Source: Bacteroidia bacterium
Lineage (GTDB): Bacteria > Bacteroidota > Bacteroidia > NS11-12g > UBA955
Assembly: GCA_038317095.1 (NCBI GenBank)
Contig: JBBQBB010000001.1
Coordinates: forward strand, 64,011-128,010
DNA length: 64,000 bases
Direction of reading: 5' to 3'
Below the pieces are notes generated by a model. It was not told the origin of the DNA, made no database searches, and saw only the letters and a program-made list of their open reading frames with translations. The position numbers and the translations under genes are program-made. Positions 29,365 through 38,619 of this stretch are shown piece after piece; the first letter of the stretch is position 1, and every line of letters starts with the position of its first letter.

Positions 29365-29452
29365 AAACAGGGCAAAAATAAGATTTCTGTAAGATATTTT
29401 CCATTGAAATAAATGTGGTTTTGGCGTTTTGTGGTTTGCCGCCTGCGCTGCC

Positions 29453-29460
29453 TATCTTTG
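29453..29460 (+). promoter_or_regulatory. -7 promoter box TATCTTTG, 4 nt upstream of the dapB GTG
   Basis: Exact TAnnTTTG, followed by ccct and then GTG 29465. Confidence 0.35.
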
Positions 29461-29464
29461 CCCT

Positions 29465-30193
29465 GTGAAAATAGCATTGCTTGGCTACGGCAAAATGGGG
29501 TTGGAAATTGAAAAAATTGCAGCCCAGCGCCACCATCAAATTGTACATACCTTTACCACAAAAAATCCGGCAGATTTAGACCGCTTGAAAGATGCAGATG
29601 TGGTTATTGAATTTACCCGACCCGAAGCTTGTGTGCAAAATTTAAAACTTTGTTTTGCTGCGGGCGTTCCTGTAGTTACTGGCACTACGGGCTGGTATGC
29701 AGAATTGGCCCATGTGAAAGCGGCTTGCAACCAAACACATGGGGCATTGTTTACTGCAACCAACTTTAGCCTAGGGGTAAACATTGCGTATTTTATGAAC
29801 CGCATTTTGGCAAAAATCATGGCCAAGCAGGACGGTTACAGTGCGGGGATTACTGAAATTCACCATACCCGCAAATTGGATGCGCCCAGCGGCACAGCCA
29901 TATCCTTAGCAGAGGGAATCATCGATAACAATCCACGTTTTAACGGATGGGAATTGGGTGAGAATACCGCAAAAAGTGGCGCCCTGCCTATCCATGCCCT
30001 TCGGGAAGGCGATGTGCCCGGCACCCATGTTGTTCAATATAACAGCGACATAGACCGTATAGAAATAAAACATGAAGCACACAACAGAAAAGGATTTGCA
30101 CTTGGGGCAGTTTTGGCTGCCGAATGGCTTGCCGATAAAAAAGGTATTTTTGGTATGCAAGACATGCTTAAATTTGACGCTTTGATTAAATAA
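29465..30193 (+). CDS. dapB: 4-hydroxy-tetrahydrodipicolinate reductase
   Basis: VKIALLGYGKMG N-terminus, EIHHTRKLDAPSGTA and HEAHNRKGFALGAV motifs. GTG 29465 is chosen over the longer 29429 ORF start. Confidence 0.9.
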   Translation: MKIALLGYGKMGLEIEKIAAQRHHQIVHTFTTKNPADLDRLKDADVVIEFTRPEACVQNLKLCFAAGVPVVTGTTGWYAELAHVKAACNQTHGALFTATNFSLGVNIAYFMNRILAKIMAKQDGYSAGITEIHHTRKLDAPSGTAISLAEGIIDNNPRFNGWELGENTAKSGALPIHALREGDVPGTHVVQYNSDIDRIEIKHEAHNRKGFALGAVLAAEWLADKKGIFGMQDMLKFDALIK

Positions 30194-31728
30194 TGGGATC
30201 TTATCAACTTGGTTTATTCATGGCCCTTTGGGTGGCGGCATTTTTACTTACCCGTATTGGGCTTTCTGTACTGTTTAAAAAAGCGGGCTACAACCCAATC
30301 CTGGCCTTTATCCCCATACTTAGTTGGTGGTGGTGGCTAAAGGTAGTAAACCGCCCCAAATGGTACATGATAGGCATGGTGATTCCATGCATAAACATCC
30401 TGTTTAGCTTTAACATTACGCTAGATTTGCTTCGCAGTTTTGGCCAATTTCGCTGGTGGCAGCATTTTATAGGCACCGTTTTTACTTTCATTTACTTGCC
30501 ATATATGGCTTTTGACAAAAATGTAAAATACCTAGGTGGCGCTGGCGATGCCGAATGGCGCAAAAAGAATATTCCACCGCACCGCGGCAGCAGAGAATGG
30601 GCAGATGCCCTGTTGTTTGCCATGTACGTTGCCGGTGGTATGCGTAGTTTGTACTTCGATTTGTACCAAATCCCTACCCCATCCATGGAAAGCAACTTGA
30701 TGGTGGGTGATTTTTTGGTTGTGAGTCGCGCTAAAATAGGCATGCGTATTCCCATGACGCCCATAGCCATTCCAGTTTTGGCCCACAAGGAACTAATGGG
30801 AATGCAAGCATTTAGCGATATTTTAGAATTGCCCTATATGCGATTGGGAGGCTGGTATACCATTAAAAACAACGATGTAATTGTGTTTAACTGGCCGGCT
30901 GATGAAGAACAATTTCCAGTGGATAAAAAAGAAAACTATGTGAAACGCTGCGTGGGTGTCCCTGGAGATTCATTGAAAGTAGTTAACGGACAAGTTTATA
31001 TCAACAACAAAAAATTACCTGTGGTTGGGCATACCCAAAAAAGGTATTTGTGTATTTTAAAAGAAACGGTAACCCAAGACTTTTTGCTGGAATACAGTTT
31101 GGGAGATTACAACATTCCGGTTGACGCGGTAAAAATGATTGAAGAGGCAGCGAAAACCAAAACCACCATAAACCCAATTTGGATTTATACATGGCCAGAA
31201 AATGCCGATAAAATCAAAGGCGATCCTAGGGTGAAAAGTTTGTTTGAAGCTACCCAAGACCATGTTTCTACTTCCATGACCTTTCCAAACTGCATTTCTG
31301 AAAGCCAAGAAGTTACCAATTGGGACATCAACGATTACGGGCCCATTTATTTGCCAAAACGTGGAGATAAAATTACCCTCACCAAAGGCAATTGGGAATA
31401 TTATAAACTTGCAGTAAACAAATACGAAAAAGCGGGCATTGAATTCAATGGCACGGGCTTTAGTAAAAATGGTGAACCCATTACCAGTTATACTTTTAAG
31501 TTGGGTTATTATTGGATGATGGGCGACAACCGCTACAACAGTTTGGATTCTCGTTTCTGGGGCTATGTACCCGAGGACCACGTGGTAGGCAAACCGCTAT
31601 TCACTTTCCTTAGCATCCGCAAAGTCATTGGCATAGATGAATTGGGTCAACCCAAAAATGCGCATGGCAATCCTGAATACGACACCAAAGGAATACGTTG
31701 GGAGAAGATATTGAAGACGATTGAGTAA
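30193..31728 (+). CDS. lepB: Signal peptidase I (long Bacteroidota form)
   Basis: PTPSMESNLMVGDFLVV (catalytic Ser) and GDNRYNSLDSRFWGYVPEDHVVGKP. The ATG overlaps the dapB stop. Confidence 0.9.
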   Translation: MGSYQLGLFMALWVAAFLLTRIGLSVLFKKAGYNPILAFIPILSWWWWLKVVNRPKWYMIGMVIPCINILFSFNITLDLLRSFGQFRWWQHFIGTVFTFIYLPYMAFDKNVKYLGGAGDAEWRKKNIPPHRGSREWADALLFAMYVAGGMRSLYFDLYQIPTPSMESNLMVGDFLVVSRAKIGMRIPMTPIAIPVLAHKELMGMQAFSDILELPYMRLGGWYTIKNNDVIVFNWPADEEQFPVDKKENYVKRCVGVPGDSLKVVNGQVYINNKKLPVVGHTQKRYLCILKETVTQDFLLEYSLGDYNIPVDAVKMIEEAAKTKTTINPIWIYTWPENADKIKGDPRVKSLFEATQDHVSTSMTFPNCISESQEVTNWDINDYGPIYLPKRGDKITLTKGNWEYYKLAVNKYEKAGIEFNGTGFSKNGEPITSYTFKLGYYWMMGDNRYNSLDSRFWGYVPEDHVVGKPLFTFLSIRKVIGIDELGQPKNAHGNPEYDTKGIRWEKILKTIE

Positions 31729-31825
31729 GTTTAAAGTTTAAAGTTTAACAGCCGGTAGACGATGGGCATACGATGGGAAGACGCGGAAATTTGTCAATAG
31801 GGCTGATAATAAAACGAAAAAAAAG

Positions 31826-31855
31826 AAAAACGCCGCGGGATTCGCGGCGTTTTTT
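31826..31855. terminator. Strong bidirectional Rho-independent terminator
   Basis: acgccgcg-ggatt-cgcggcgt, flanked by an A run (31814-31830) and a T run (31851-31855). Confidence 0.8.
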
Positions 31856-31859
31856 ATGG

Positions 31860-32095
31860 GTGATTGTTGTTTTTAGATTTCCTTCAGAGCCTAATGCGCG
31901 GATCAGAACTGGCGTAATATTGCCAGCGCTAACATCTTTTCGACTCCAAAGTGAATACTTCCACGCCACTGCGAGGCGCATCACAATCTTCCTACATGAT
32001 TTCATGGCCGTACCCGGTTGTTTTGCTTTCAACCATAAACCCAGGCTCGTATCGGCTGTTATCATCTCCGCCGCAGCGGATTAATACCAAATACA
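31860..32095 (-). ncRNA. Candidate structured noncoding RNA of unknown class (strand inferred from the terminator)
   Basis: The stretch is visibly more G+C-rich than its flanks and has no plausible protein. Nested hairpins on the minus strand: tccgc-tgcg-gcgga, gccgatac...[ggttg-aaagcaaaa-caacc]...gtacggc, gcgcc-tcgcagt-ggcgt and gcgctggc-aatattac-gccag...gcgc. It runs into the 31826-31855 terminator. Confidence 0.3.
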
Positions 32096-32099
32096 AATA

Positions 32100-32869
32100 T
32101 TAATTAGTCCAATCAATGTATTCAAAAATGTATGGATATGAGCAAGCAGAAATAATCGTTTTTTCTGTTAATTGATTTACTTGACTTTCAATAAAGTCTG
32201 ATAGTTTATTTAAATTTTTGAATAGACAGCCTGTAAAATTCGCTTTTGTTATTTCCCACATTCTTTCTGCAGGGTTTAATTCGGGACAATACGGTGGCAA
32301 AAAAATAAGACCTATATTATTTGGTATTTTTAATTCGTTTGATTTGTGAAAGCCATCGTTATCCAGCACTATGTTTTTAAATTCATTCGGATCTTGTTCT
32401 GAAAATTGGTTAAGATAAATTTGAAACGTATCATTATTGCAAAATGGCAATTCTAATAAGAAACTTTTTCCATTTATCGGGGAAAAGGCTCCAAACAAAT
32501 AGGTTGATTTAAATACTTGCTGAAAAAGACCTATAGGCTTTACTCCTTTGGCAGTTAAAGCTTTACCATTTTTGGTAAATAAACCAAATCTGCTTTCGTC
32601 TTGGAAATATAAGTTTACATTTTCAAATTGAGAGTCTATTATAAAAACTTCTTCTTGAATTATTTGACCGAAGTTTTTTTAAAAGTGTCCATTGCTAGTT
32701 CATCCTTTAATATATGGGATTTGCGAGCAACCTTAATTTTGCTTCCAAAATGGCGCTTCGCATATTCTACAACAGTGCTATATTTTATTTCTTTGCCCAA
32801 TTCATCTTTGATCCAATGCATTAGTTCTTTGTAACCTCTTAAAGCATTTTTAGGCTGTTTTAATTTCAC
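32100..32869 (-). CDS. IS630-family DDE transposase, orfA/orfB joined by a putative -1 frameshift at A7, N-terminally truncated
   Basis: orfA (32869-32660) ...KVARKSHILKDELAMDTFKK ends just after an A7 run (32680-32674). The -1 frame continues NFGQIIQEEVFIIDSQFENVNLYFQDESRFG...VLDNDGFHKS...FLPPYCPELNPAERMWEITK, giving the DDE triad. Confidence 0.7.
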
Positions 32870-32920
32870 GGAACATCTGAAAAGTTAAAGCCGTTTTTCG
32901 GCAATAGTTTTCAAATTAGA
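32100..32920 (-). mobile_element. Degraded IS630-family insertion sequence (5'-truncated; no clear terminal inverted repeats found)
   Basis: Contains the transposase reading frames listed in the next feature. Upstream of 32869 only frameshifted HTH remnants remain (LKTIAEK...). The boundaries are approximate. Confidence 0.7.
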
Positions 32921-33850
32921 GCCACAGACTCATTAACCCATATTGGAATTTATGCTTTTGATCAATTTTTAGTATGTTTGGATAAATCTGGCAAACTGAA
33001 ATGGATGCACCGTGTAGATTCAATCGGGTTTAGTAATCAACAAAACACTTTGGCTGTTGCTAATAACGGTAATGTTTTTTGGGCAATTAACTATTATAAA
33101 TCTGGTGTAATTTTTGGACGGGTTATTACCGTTAACTTTCCTGGTTATGGTTACACTTATTTGGCAGTAATCAATAGAAACGGCAGTTTGTTAAAAGAAT
33201 ATTTTGCAGACACTGTGGGTGGTGGAAATGACAATATCATAAGGATTTTTAATTCGAATAGGTTAAAAGATATCGTTTTGTTAACAAATGGCAAAGATGA
33301 GAGTTTTAAGAAATGGCGGAATTTGCCTGATTCCGCCAAATATTTGAATGAATCTTCGACGGTTATCAGGTTGGATTCCAACGGAAAATTGATCCGATTT
33401 AACGGACTGCCTGCGTCTACCGATGCTGTGTGGTTAAACCATTATTATTTAAATTATGCTCTGGTAACCCGACAATTTTGCCCAACAACATCTGTTCTGT
33501 CAATAAATGGTGCCAATATTAACAATATTGGTGGAAATGACTATGCGTTATGGTATGTTTCTACATTAAAGCCCCAAAAAGCTCAAATAAAGCATTTGCT
33601 AAACTGGCCAATCAGTATAGGTCCAAATCCAACTTATGGCAACGTTCAAATTTTTGGAATGAAGCCAAATTGTTTGGTTGAAATCACTCTATTGAATATT
33701 TATGGCGATAGAGTACATTCAATTGTTGGATATTCGAACGAGGTTTCAAATTTGGAATTGTTATCACATTCACCTGGCTTGTATTTAGTGATGATTAAAT
33801 ATATAGAAACTGGGGTCTTTAATACTTATAAATTGCAGGTAATAAAGTAG
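32864..33850 (+). pseudogene. 5'-truncated T9SS cargo gene abutting the IS remnant
   Basis: The frame is open from 32864 with no signal peptide or ATG (the ORF track starts at TTG 32978). The C-terminus is a T9SS sorting domain (IGPNPTYGNVQIFGM...GLYLVMIKYIETGVFNTYKLQVIK). Confidence 0.65.
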
Positions 33851-33958
33851 AGGAGTTCCTGTAATAAAGAAATGGAATACTGTCATGGAAGCAAGTATTA
33901 ATTTGATTTCTTCTTCCCAATTCAATTGTTTGCCGAGCCCAATTGGTTTAAAAAAGAA

Positions 33959-34287
33959 TTAAACCGGTCTTACCGGACTTCCAGTCCATTGTGTGTTCGA
34001 CAATAGGTTTTCTCCTTTCATAACCAGAGACAATGCAGAAATCTGCACGTCATCGCCAATGATTGAATCATACAGAATGATAGAACGTGCACCAACAGAT
34101 GACCTAGCGCCAAAATTCACAGAGTCAATTTTCATAATTCTATCTTCAAACAAATGGGTTTGGGGTCCCCATTCATCATTCAGGGCAGCATCATCGCCAA
34201 TGGTTAACATACCGGGTTCTGTAATATCTGTTGTATCTAAAAAAATACGTTTGCCGGTGTTTACACTAAAATTTAGTAAATCTTAAC
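33959..34287 (-). pseudogene. C-terminal relic (about 108 codons) of a Pls/PosA-type NRPS with hexapeptide-repeat end
   Basis: SVNTGKRIFLDTTDITEPGMLTIGDDAALNDEWGPQTHLFEDRIMKIDSVNFGARSSVGARSIILYDS...LSLVMKGENL. Only the extreme C-terminal beta-helix part is present. A TAA lies directly upstream. Confidence 0.7.
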
Positions 34288-34337
34288 TGGTTTCAAATTG
34301 CGTGGTGTTGGAATTTAATTCAGGGAAGAGATTAGAA

Positions 34338-36083
34338 TTAATTTGCCAACTCCAATTGTGTATGGTACAATTCAGCATATTTGCCATTTTTCTGCATTAA
34401 ACTCTCATGATTTCCTTCTTCAATTATTTCTCCTTTTTCTAATACAAGAATTTTATCTGCATTTTTTATAGTGCTGAGACGATGGGCTATAACCAAAGAT
34501 GTCCTTCCTTTCATTAACGTGGAAATCGCTTTTTGAATCAATTCCTCTGTTTCTGAATCAATACTGCTGGTGGCCTCATCCAATATAATTACCGAAGGAT
34601 TGAATGCCAATGCCCTAATAAATGATACCAATTGCCTTTGCCCTAGCGATAATGACATGCCTCTTTCCATCACATTGAATTCGAACTTCCCAGGTAAATT
34701 TTGAATAAATTCATAGGCTCCGATGGTTTTTGCAGCATTTTCAATGGCCTCACGGGTTATTTCGGGATCTCTAAGTCTAATATTGTCGGTAATACTGCCC
34801 GAGAACAAGAAGACATCTTGCAACACCATGGATATTTGTCTTCTAAGGTAAGCCAAATCATAGTCTTCTGCTTTGATGTCGTCTATCCATATTTCACCAG
34901 AAGTGTGCTCATAAAATCGGTTCACTAAATTCACCAATGTAGATTTTCCGCTGCCTGTGTGACCCACAATAGCAACGGTTTGACCAGCCTCAGCTATAAA
35001 ACTTAAATTTCGAATCACGGGTTGGTTTTCGTTGTACCTAAAGCTTACATTTTTAAACTCAATTTTTCCTTTAATTTTATGTTCAGTTAAAGCACCAGAT
35101 TTTTCCTTGTTTTCGTCATCATCTATCAATTTAAAGATTCTCTCTGCCGCTATCATTCCCATTTGAATGTTGTTAAATCTATCTGCAATCATTCGGATGG
35201 GCCTAAAAAACAAATTGGTAAACATAATAAAAGCAGTCAATTCTCCAATTTTTACCGAATGGTTTAGCATCCCTTTGGTTCCATACCAAACCAAAATAGC
35301 CAAAGTTGCCGCAACTATAAATTCTACCACCGGAAAAAATATGGCGTAATAATAAATACTCCTAATATTGGCATCTCTGTGCCTGGCGTTAATGGTGTTG
35401 AATTTTTTTTCTTCCGATTTTTGTCTGTTGAAAATTTGCACTACTTGCATACCTGTGATGTGCTCCTGTAAAAATGCATTCAATTTAGAAACTTCAGTTC
35501 GTACATCTTGAAAGCTATCTCGCACTCCTTTTCTAAATCGGTTGGCAGCCCATACCAGCAAAGGCAGAACGCTTAACGATACCAAGGTTAATTTCCAATT
35601 CATAACAAACATGAGAACCAAAATCACCACGATTTGAAACAAATCGCCTGCTATTGTAATTAAACCAGAAGCAAACAAATCTGCTATGGTTTCTATATCA
35701 CTCACAGTGCGTGTAACAGCGGTTCCAACTGGTGTTTTGTCAAAAAAAGACAAGCGTAAACTTACCAAATGTTTGTATACATAATTTCGCATTTGTAAAA
35801 TCACATTTTGTCCTATATACTCTGCTAAATAGGTGTTTGCGAAGCCGAGAATGCTTTGCAGTATTAGCATTCCTAAAATAATTAGACTCCAAATACCAAG
35901 GCCGTGCAAATCCATTTTTACGATATAATTGTCAATAACATGCTGATAAAAACGGGGTTGCGCAGCTGCCAAAACGGATTGAACAATGGTGAGACAAACG
36001 GCCCAAATAAAAATAGACCGATAGGGTAGGGCTAAGCTAGTTATCCTTTTTAATAGTGATAGGTTAATTTTGGGTAATTTCAT
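34338..36083 (-). CDS. ABC transporter, fused permease/ATP-binding exporter (MsbA-like)
   Basis: Six-TM N-terminal half. Walker A GHTGSGKST, signature LSLGQRQ, Walker B IIILDEATS. ATG 36083 is preferred, with a TACTTTTG box 18 nt upstream. Confidence 0.9.
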   Translation of the reverse strand: MKLPKINLSLLKRITSLALPYRSIFIWAVCLTIVQSVLAAAQPRFYQHVIDNYIVKMDLHGLGIWSLIILGMLILQSILGFANTYLAEYIGQNVILQMRNYVYKHLVSLRLSFFDKTPVGTAVTRTVSDIETIADLFASGLITIAGDLFQIVVILVLMFVMNWKLTLVSLSVLPLLVWAANRFRKGVRDSFQDVRTEVSKLNAFLQEHITGMQVVQIFNRQKSEEKKFNTINARHRDANIRSIYYYAIFFPVVEFIVAATLAILVWYGTKGMLNHSVKIGELTAFIMFTNLFFRPIRMIADRFNNIQMGMIAAERIFKLIDDDENKEKSGALTEHKIKGKIEFKNVSFRYNENQPVIRNLSFIAEAGQTVAIVGHTGSGKSTLVNLVNRFYEHTSGEIWIDDIKAEDYDLAYLRRQISMVLQDVFLFSGSITDNIRLRDPEITREAIENAAKTIGAYEFIQNLPGKFEFNVMERGMSLSLGQRQLVSFIRALAFNPSVIILDEATSSIDSETEELIQKAISTLMKGRTSLVIAHRLSTIKNADKILVLEKGEIIEEGNHESLMQKNGKYAELYHTQLELAN

Positions 36084-36191
36084 TCGTTTTGGAAGGAGGT
36101 TCAAAAGTAAATCAAAACTATGTTGGGAATATAAATACTTACTTTTCCACAAAATTTGTTACTCCTGCGAGGGTTTGCCTATAATTGCACC

Positions 36192-36809
36192 ATGGCCATG
36201 CACATAGCGATCGCCGGCAATATTGGAGCCGGTAAAACCACCCTCACAAACATCCTAGCAAAGCACTATGGATGGGACATGCAGTTGGAGGACATGGACG
36301 ACAATCCTTACATCTCAGATTTTTATGAAGACATGCAACGTTGGAGTTTTAACCTGCAAGTTTTCTTCCTGAACTCCAGATGGAAGCACATTCGTGAAAT
36401 TAGAATTGGCGAAAAAACAGTAATACAAGACCGCACAATATATGAGGATGCTAATATTTTTGCGCCCAATTTGCATGCCATGGGTCTTATGAGTACACGT
36501 GATTTTGAAACTTATTCCCGACTTTTCGAAAGTATAATTGAGCAAGTACAACCGCCAGATTTGCTAATATATCTCCGCGCTGGTATTCCGAAGTTGGTGC
36601 ACCAAATTCAAATGCGCGGCCGAGACTTCGAAGATGCCATTCGTTTGGACTATCTAAAGCGCCTGAATGAACGATACGAAGCGTGGATCAACGATTACAA
36701 AGGTCAAATGCTTATCTTTAATGTAGATGACCTAAACTTTGAAGAAAATCCTGAGCATGCTGCTTTGGTTATACAACAAGTTGAAAGCACCTTAAACGGG
36801 CTTTTCTAA
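36192..36809 (+). CDS. Deoxynucleoside kinase
   Basis: IAIAGNIGAGKTTL P-loop, DRTIYED and RGRDFE motifs. Confidence 0.85.
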   Translation: MAMHIAIAGNIGAGKTTLTNILAKHYGWDMQLEDMDDNPYISDFYEDMQRWSFNLQVFFLNSRWKHIREIRIGEKTVIQDRTIYEDANIFAPNLHAMGLMSTRDFETYSRLFESIIEQVQPPDLLIYLRAGIPKLVHQIQMRGRDFEDAIRLDYLKRLNERYEAWINDYKGQMLIFNVDDLNFEENPEHAALVIQQVESTLNGLF

Positions 36810-37231
36810 TGCATTTAAATACAACAATTTATTCTTCACGTTTGGCCGTCAGGCCAGATGACATTGACATGTTTAACCATGTCCATTCTTCAAGGTATAT
36901 GGACTATGTTTTGGCCGCCCGGTTCGACCAAATGGGACGCTGCTACAATTGCAGCATGCAAGAGTTTTTAGATGAAGGTCTAGGGTGGGTTTTGGTTTCT
37001 ACAGAAATGCATTTTAAACGTCCTTTAAAATTGGGCGATTCTTTTGATGTAGAAACCCATTTAAAAGAATTTGAAAAGAAAATAGCGTGGGTGCTTTTTG
37101 ATATTAAACATGCCGTTACCGGTAAAAGCTGCTGCAGCGGTTGGGCCAAATATACCATGATAGATTTGCAAACCACAAAGCCTGTCGAAATTCCGGATTG
37201 GGTTTTAGAGAGATATTCTTTGGAGGATTAA
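36809..37231 (+). CDS. Acyl-CoA thioesterase (hotdog fold, YbgC/4HBT-like)
   Basis: VRPDDIDMFNHVHSSRYMDYV N-terminal hotdog signature. 140 aa. Confidence 0.8.
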   Translation: MHLNTTIYSSRLAVRPDDIDMFNHVHSSRYMDYVLAARFDQMGRCYNCSMQEFLDEGLGWVLVSTEMHFKRPLKLGDSFDVETHLKEFEKKIAWVLFDIKHAVTGKSCCSGWAKYTMIDLQTTKPVEIPDWVLERYSLED

Positions 37232-37573
37232 TCGCGCTTTTTATCATGTTGGTTTTTTGAAAAAGAACTGCTTTTGAATGCAACGTTGTTCAATTTTCCA
37301 AGCAGGCACAAAGTATGACCATTAATTATGTCACCCATTCTTGGTTTTGATTTTATCCATATTGTTGCTTTTACTATCACTTCATCCCTTCGGGATTGTG
37401 TTTTTGATGCCATATTAAGCCCATATTTTACAGCAGAATCTATTTGCGAATTCTAAAATAAATTTAGTTTATTTTCGGTTTATTTTGGCGGTATAATTTG
37501 TTGTAATTTTCAAAATTGGGCTAACATCTGTTGTGGTTATAAAATGCCATTTGACAAGTTCAAATTCTTGCGC

Positions 37574-38143
37574 TTATTGAGCCGTAATTGCATCAAACTC
37601 TCTAAAGCTTCCTACTACTGCAAGTCCGGTTACTTTTTTTGCATTGCCTTTGGTTTTGATTTTTCTGGCTATTTGATTCAGGGTTGAACCGCTACCTACA
37701 GCATCGTCAATCAACAATAAATGCTTGTATTTAATATTTTCGGAAATGGCAAAAGTGTTTTCTGCATTGGTTATTCTTTCTTCAATTTTATGTAACGATT
37801 TTTGTGGAACAGGAATAATTCCTGAAATTTTTTGAATCCGAATTTTGGGCAAATTGATTTTTAAATGGGTTTCAATGTATTTCATAATTTGTACCTCTCG
37901 TCGGATAGTTGGAGGCACAGACCCTACCGCATCGTATTTCCCTGTAGCAATCAATGTTTCCATTTTTGCCTTAATTTCATCCTTTAAAATCTTCATTAAA
38001 AACTTGTTCTGACCTTGCTTTGCAAAGTGTAGCAATGTTCCTAGGCGTGTTTTTTCAAAGTGTTCCATAGTATAAAAATCAAGGTAGTAAAGATCATTCA
38101 TGTGGATTTCATGATGACCTTTGGTGTTCTTTGATTTTTCCAT
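37574..38143 (-). CDS. ComF-like phosphoribosyltransferase-domain protein (C-terminal part of a split gene?)
   Basis: PRPP-binding loop HLLLIDDAVGSGSTLNQIARKI, preceded by AVGSVPPTIRRE...PVPQKSLHKIEERITNAENTF in ComF-like order. Confidence 0.7.
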   Translation of the reverse strand: MEKSKNTKGHHEIHMNDLYYLDFYTMEHFEKTRLGTLLHFAKQGQNKFLMKILKDEIKAKMETLIATGKYDAVGSVPPTIRREVQIMKYIETHLKINLPKIRIQKISGIIPVPQKSLHKIEERITNAENTFAISENIKYKHLLLIDDAVGSGSTLNQIARKIKTKGNAKKVTGLAVVGSFREFDAITAQ

Positions 38144-38619
38144 GCGGAAATAAGCCCATCTTTGTTTTGGTATTTTTGGTATTTTTTTAACGTTTTAATA
38201 TATTCATCCGCTGTTTTCATAAAAGGAAGTTGACGCTGTTTGCACCAGTGTGAAAATGCCTCAATACCTGTAAGTATGTCACCACTTTCTGTGTTTTGCA
38301 GAAAATGGTGTTGGAGAAAATCAATTTCTTGTCCTTTTAACGTGTTTGTGATATTGGGCTCACTTATTGATTCACCCTTTAGTCTATAAATTGTTTTCGA
38401 TGCTCGGCCAAATTTCTCAACCATGCTAGATTCCAACAATTGATTCAATGCTGCATGAATGGCTTGCTTGGAATGATTGAGTATGTCTACTGGTTCTTTT
38501 ACGGACAAATCTCCGTTGATTTTGAGTTCAATTAATATTCTATCTCTGATTTTTATCTCAAATGAACAATACAGCAGAGATAGGACTAAAATTATAAAAA
38601 CAAGTCTATTGACAGTCAA
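38098..38619 (-). CDS. Winged-helix DNA-binding protein (N-terminal part of a split wHTH-PRT gene?)
   Basis: IRDRILIELKINGDLSVKEPVDILNHSKQAIHAALNQLLESSMVEKFGRASKTIYRL fits a wHTH. It overlaps the next ORF by 46 nt in the -1 frame. The only standard start (TTG 38619) lies inside a palindrome. Confidence 0.6.
   Translation of the reverse strand: MTVNRLVFIILVLSLLYCSFEIKIRDRILIELKINGDLSVKEPVDILNHSKQAIHAALNQLLESSMVEKFGRASKTIYRLKGESISEPNITNTLKGQEIDFLQHHFLQNTESGDILTGIEAFSHWCKQRQLPFMKTADEYIKTLKKYQKYQNKDGLISAWKNQRTPKVIMKST

Noticed and set aside
31745-32084. ORFs of 106 aa (minus strand) and 103 aa (plus strand) covering the G+C-rich island.
   Set aside because: Both run straight through a strong terminator hairpin. 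They have no start context and no recognisable protein features. Open frames on both strands are expected from the locally higher G+C.
31860-32095. TPP or cobalamin riboswitch.
   Set aside because: Only short partial similarities exist (ggcgtaatattgccagcg, gccactg). The CUGAGA/ACCUGAUC cores (TPP) and the GGGAA/GGUGAAA-UCC and B12-box cores (cobalamin) are absent. No downstream gene exists on either strand.
37228-37413. 61-aa minus-strand ORF downstream of the PRT gene (MASKTQSRRDEVIVKATIWIK...).
   Set aside because: It has no promoter box and no recognisable fold or family. It overlaps the thioesterase stop. I keep it only as a possibility in the context of the wHTH-PRT locus.
37232-38619. 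Retron or other reverse-transcriptase-based defence locus, suggested by the wHTH plus PRT architecture.
   Set aside because: There is no reverse-transcriptase ORF anywhere nearby. I could not find msr/msd-like flanking inverted repeats in the 340-bp noncoding stretch.
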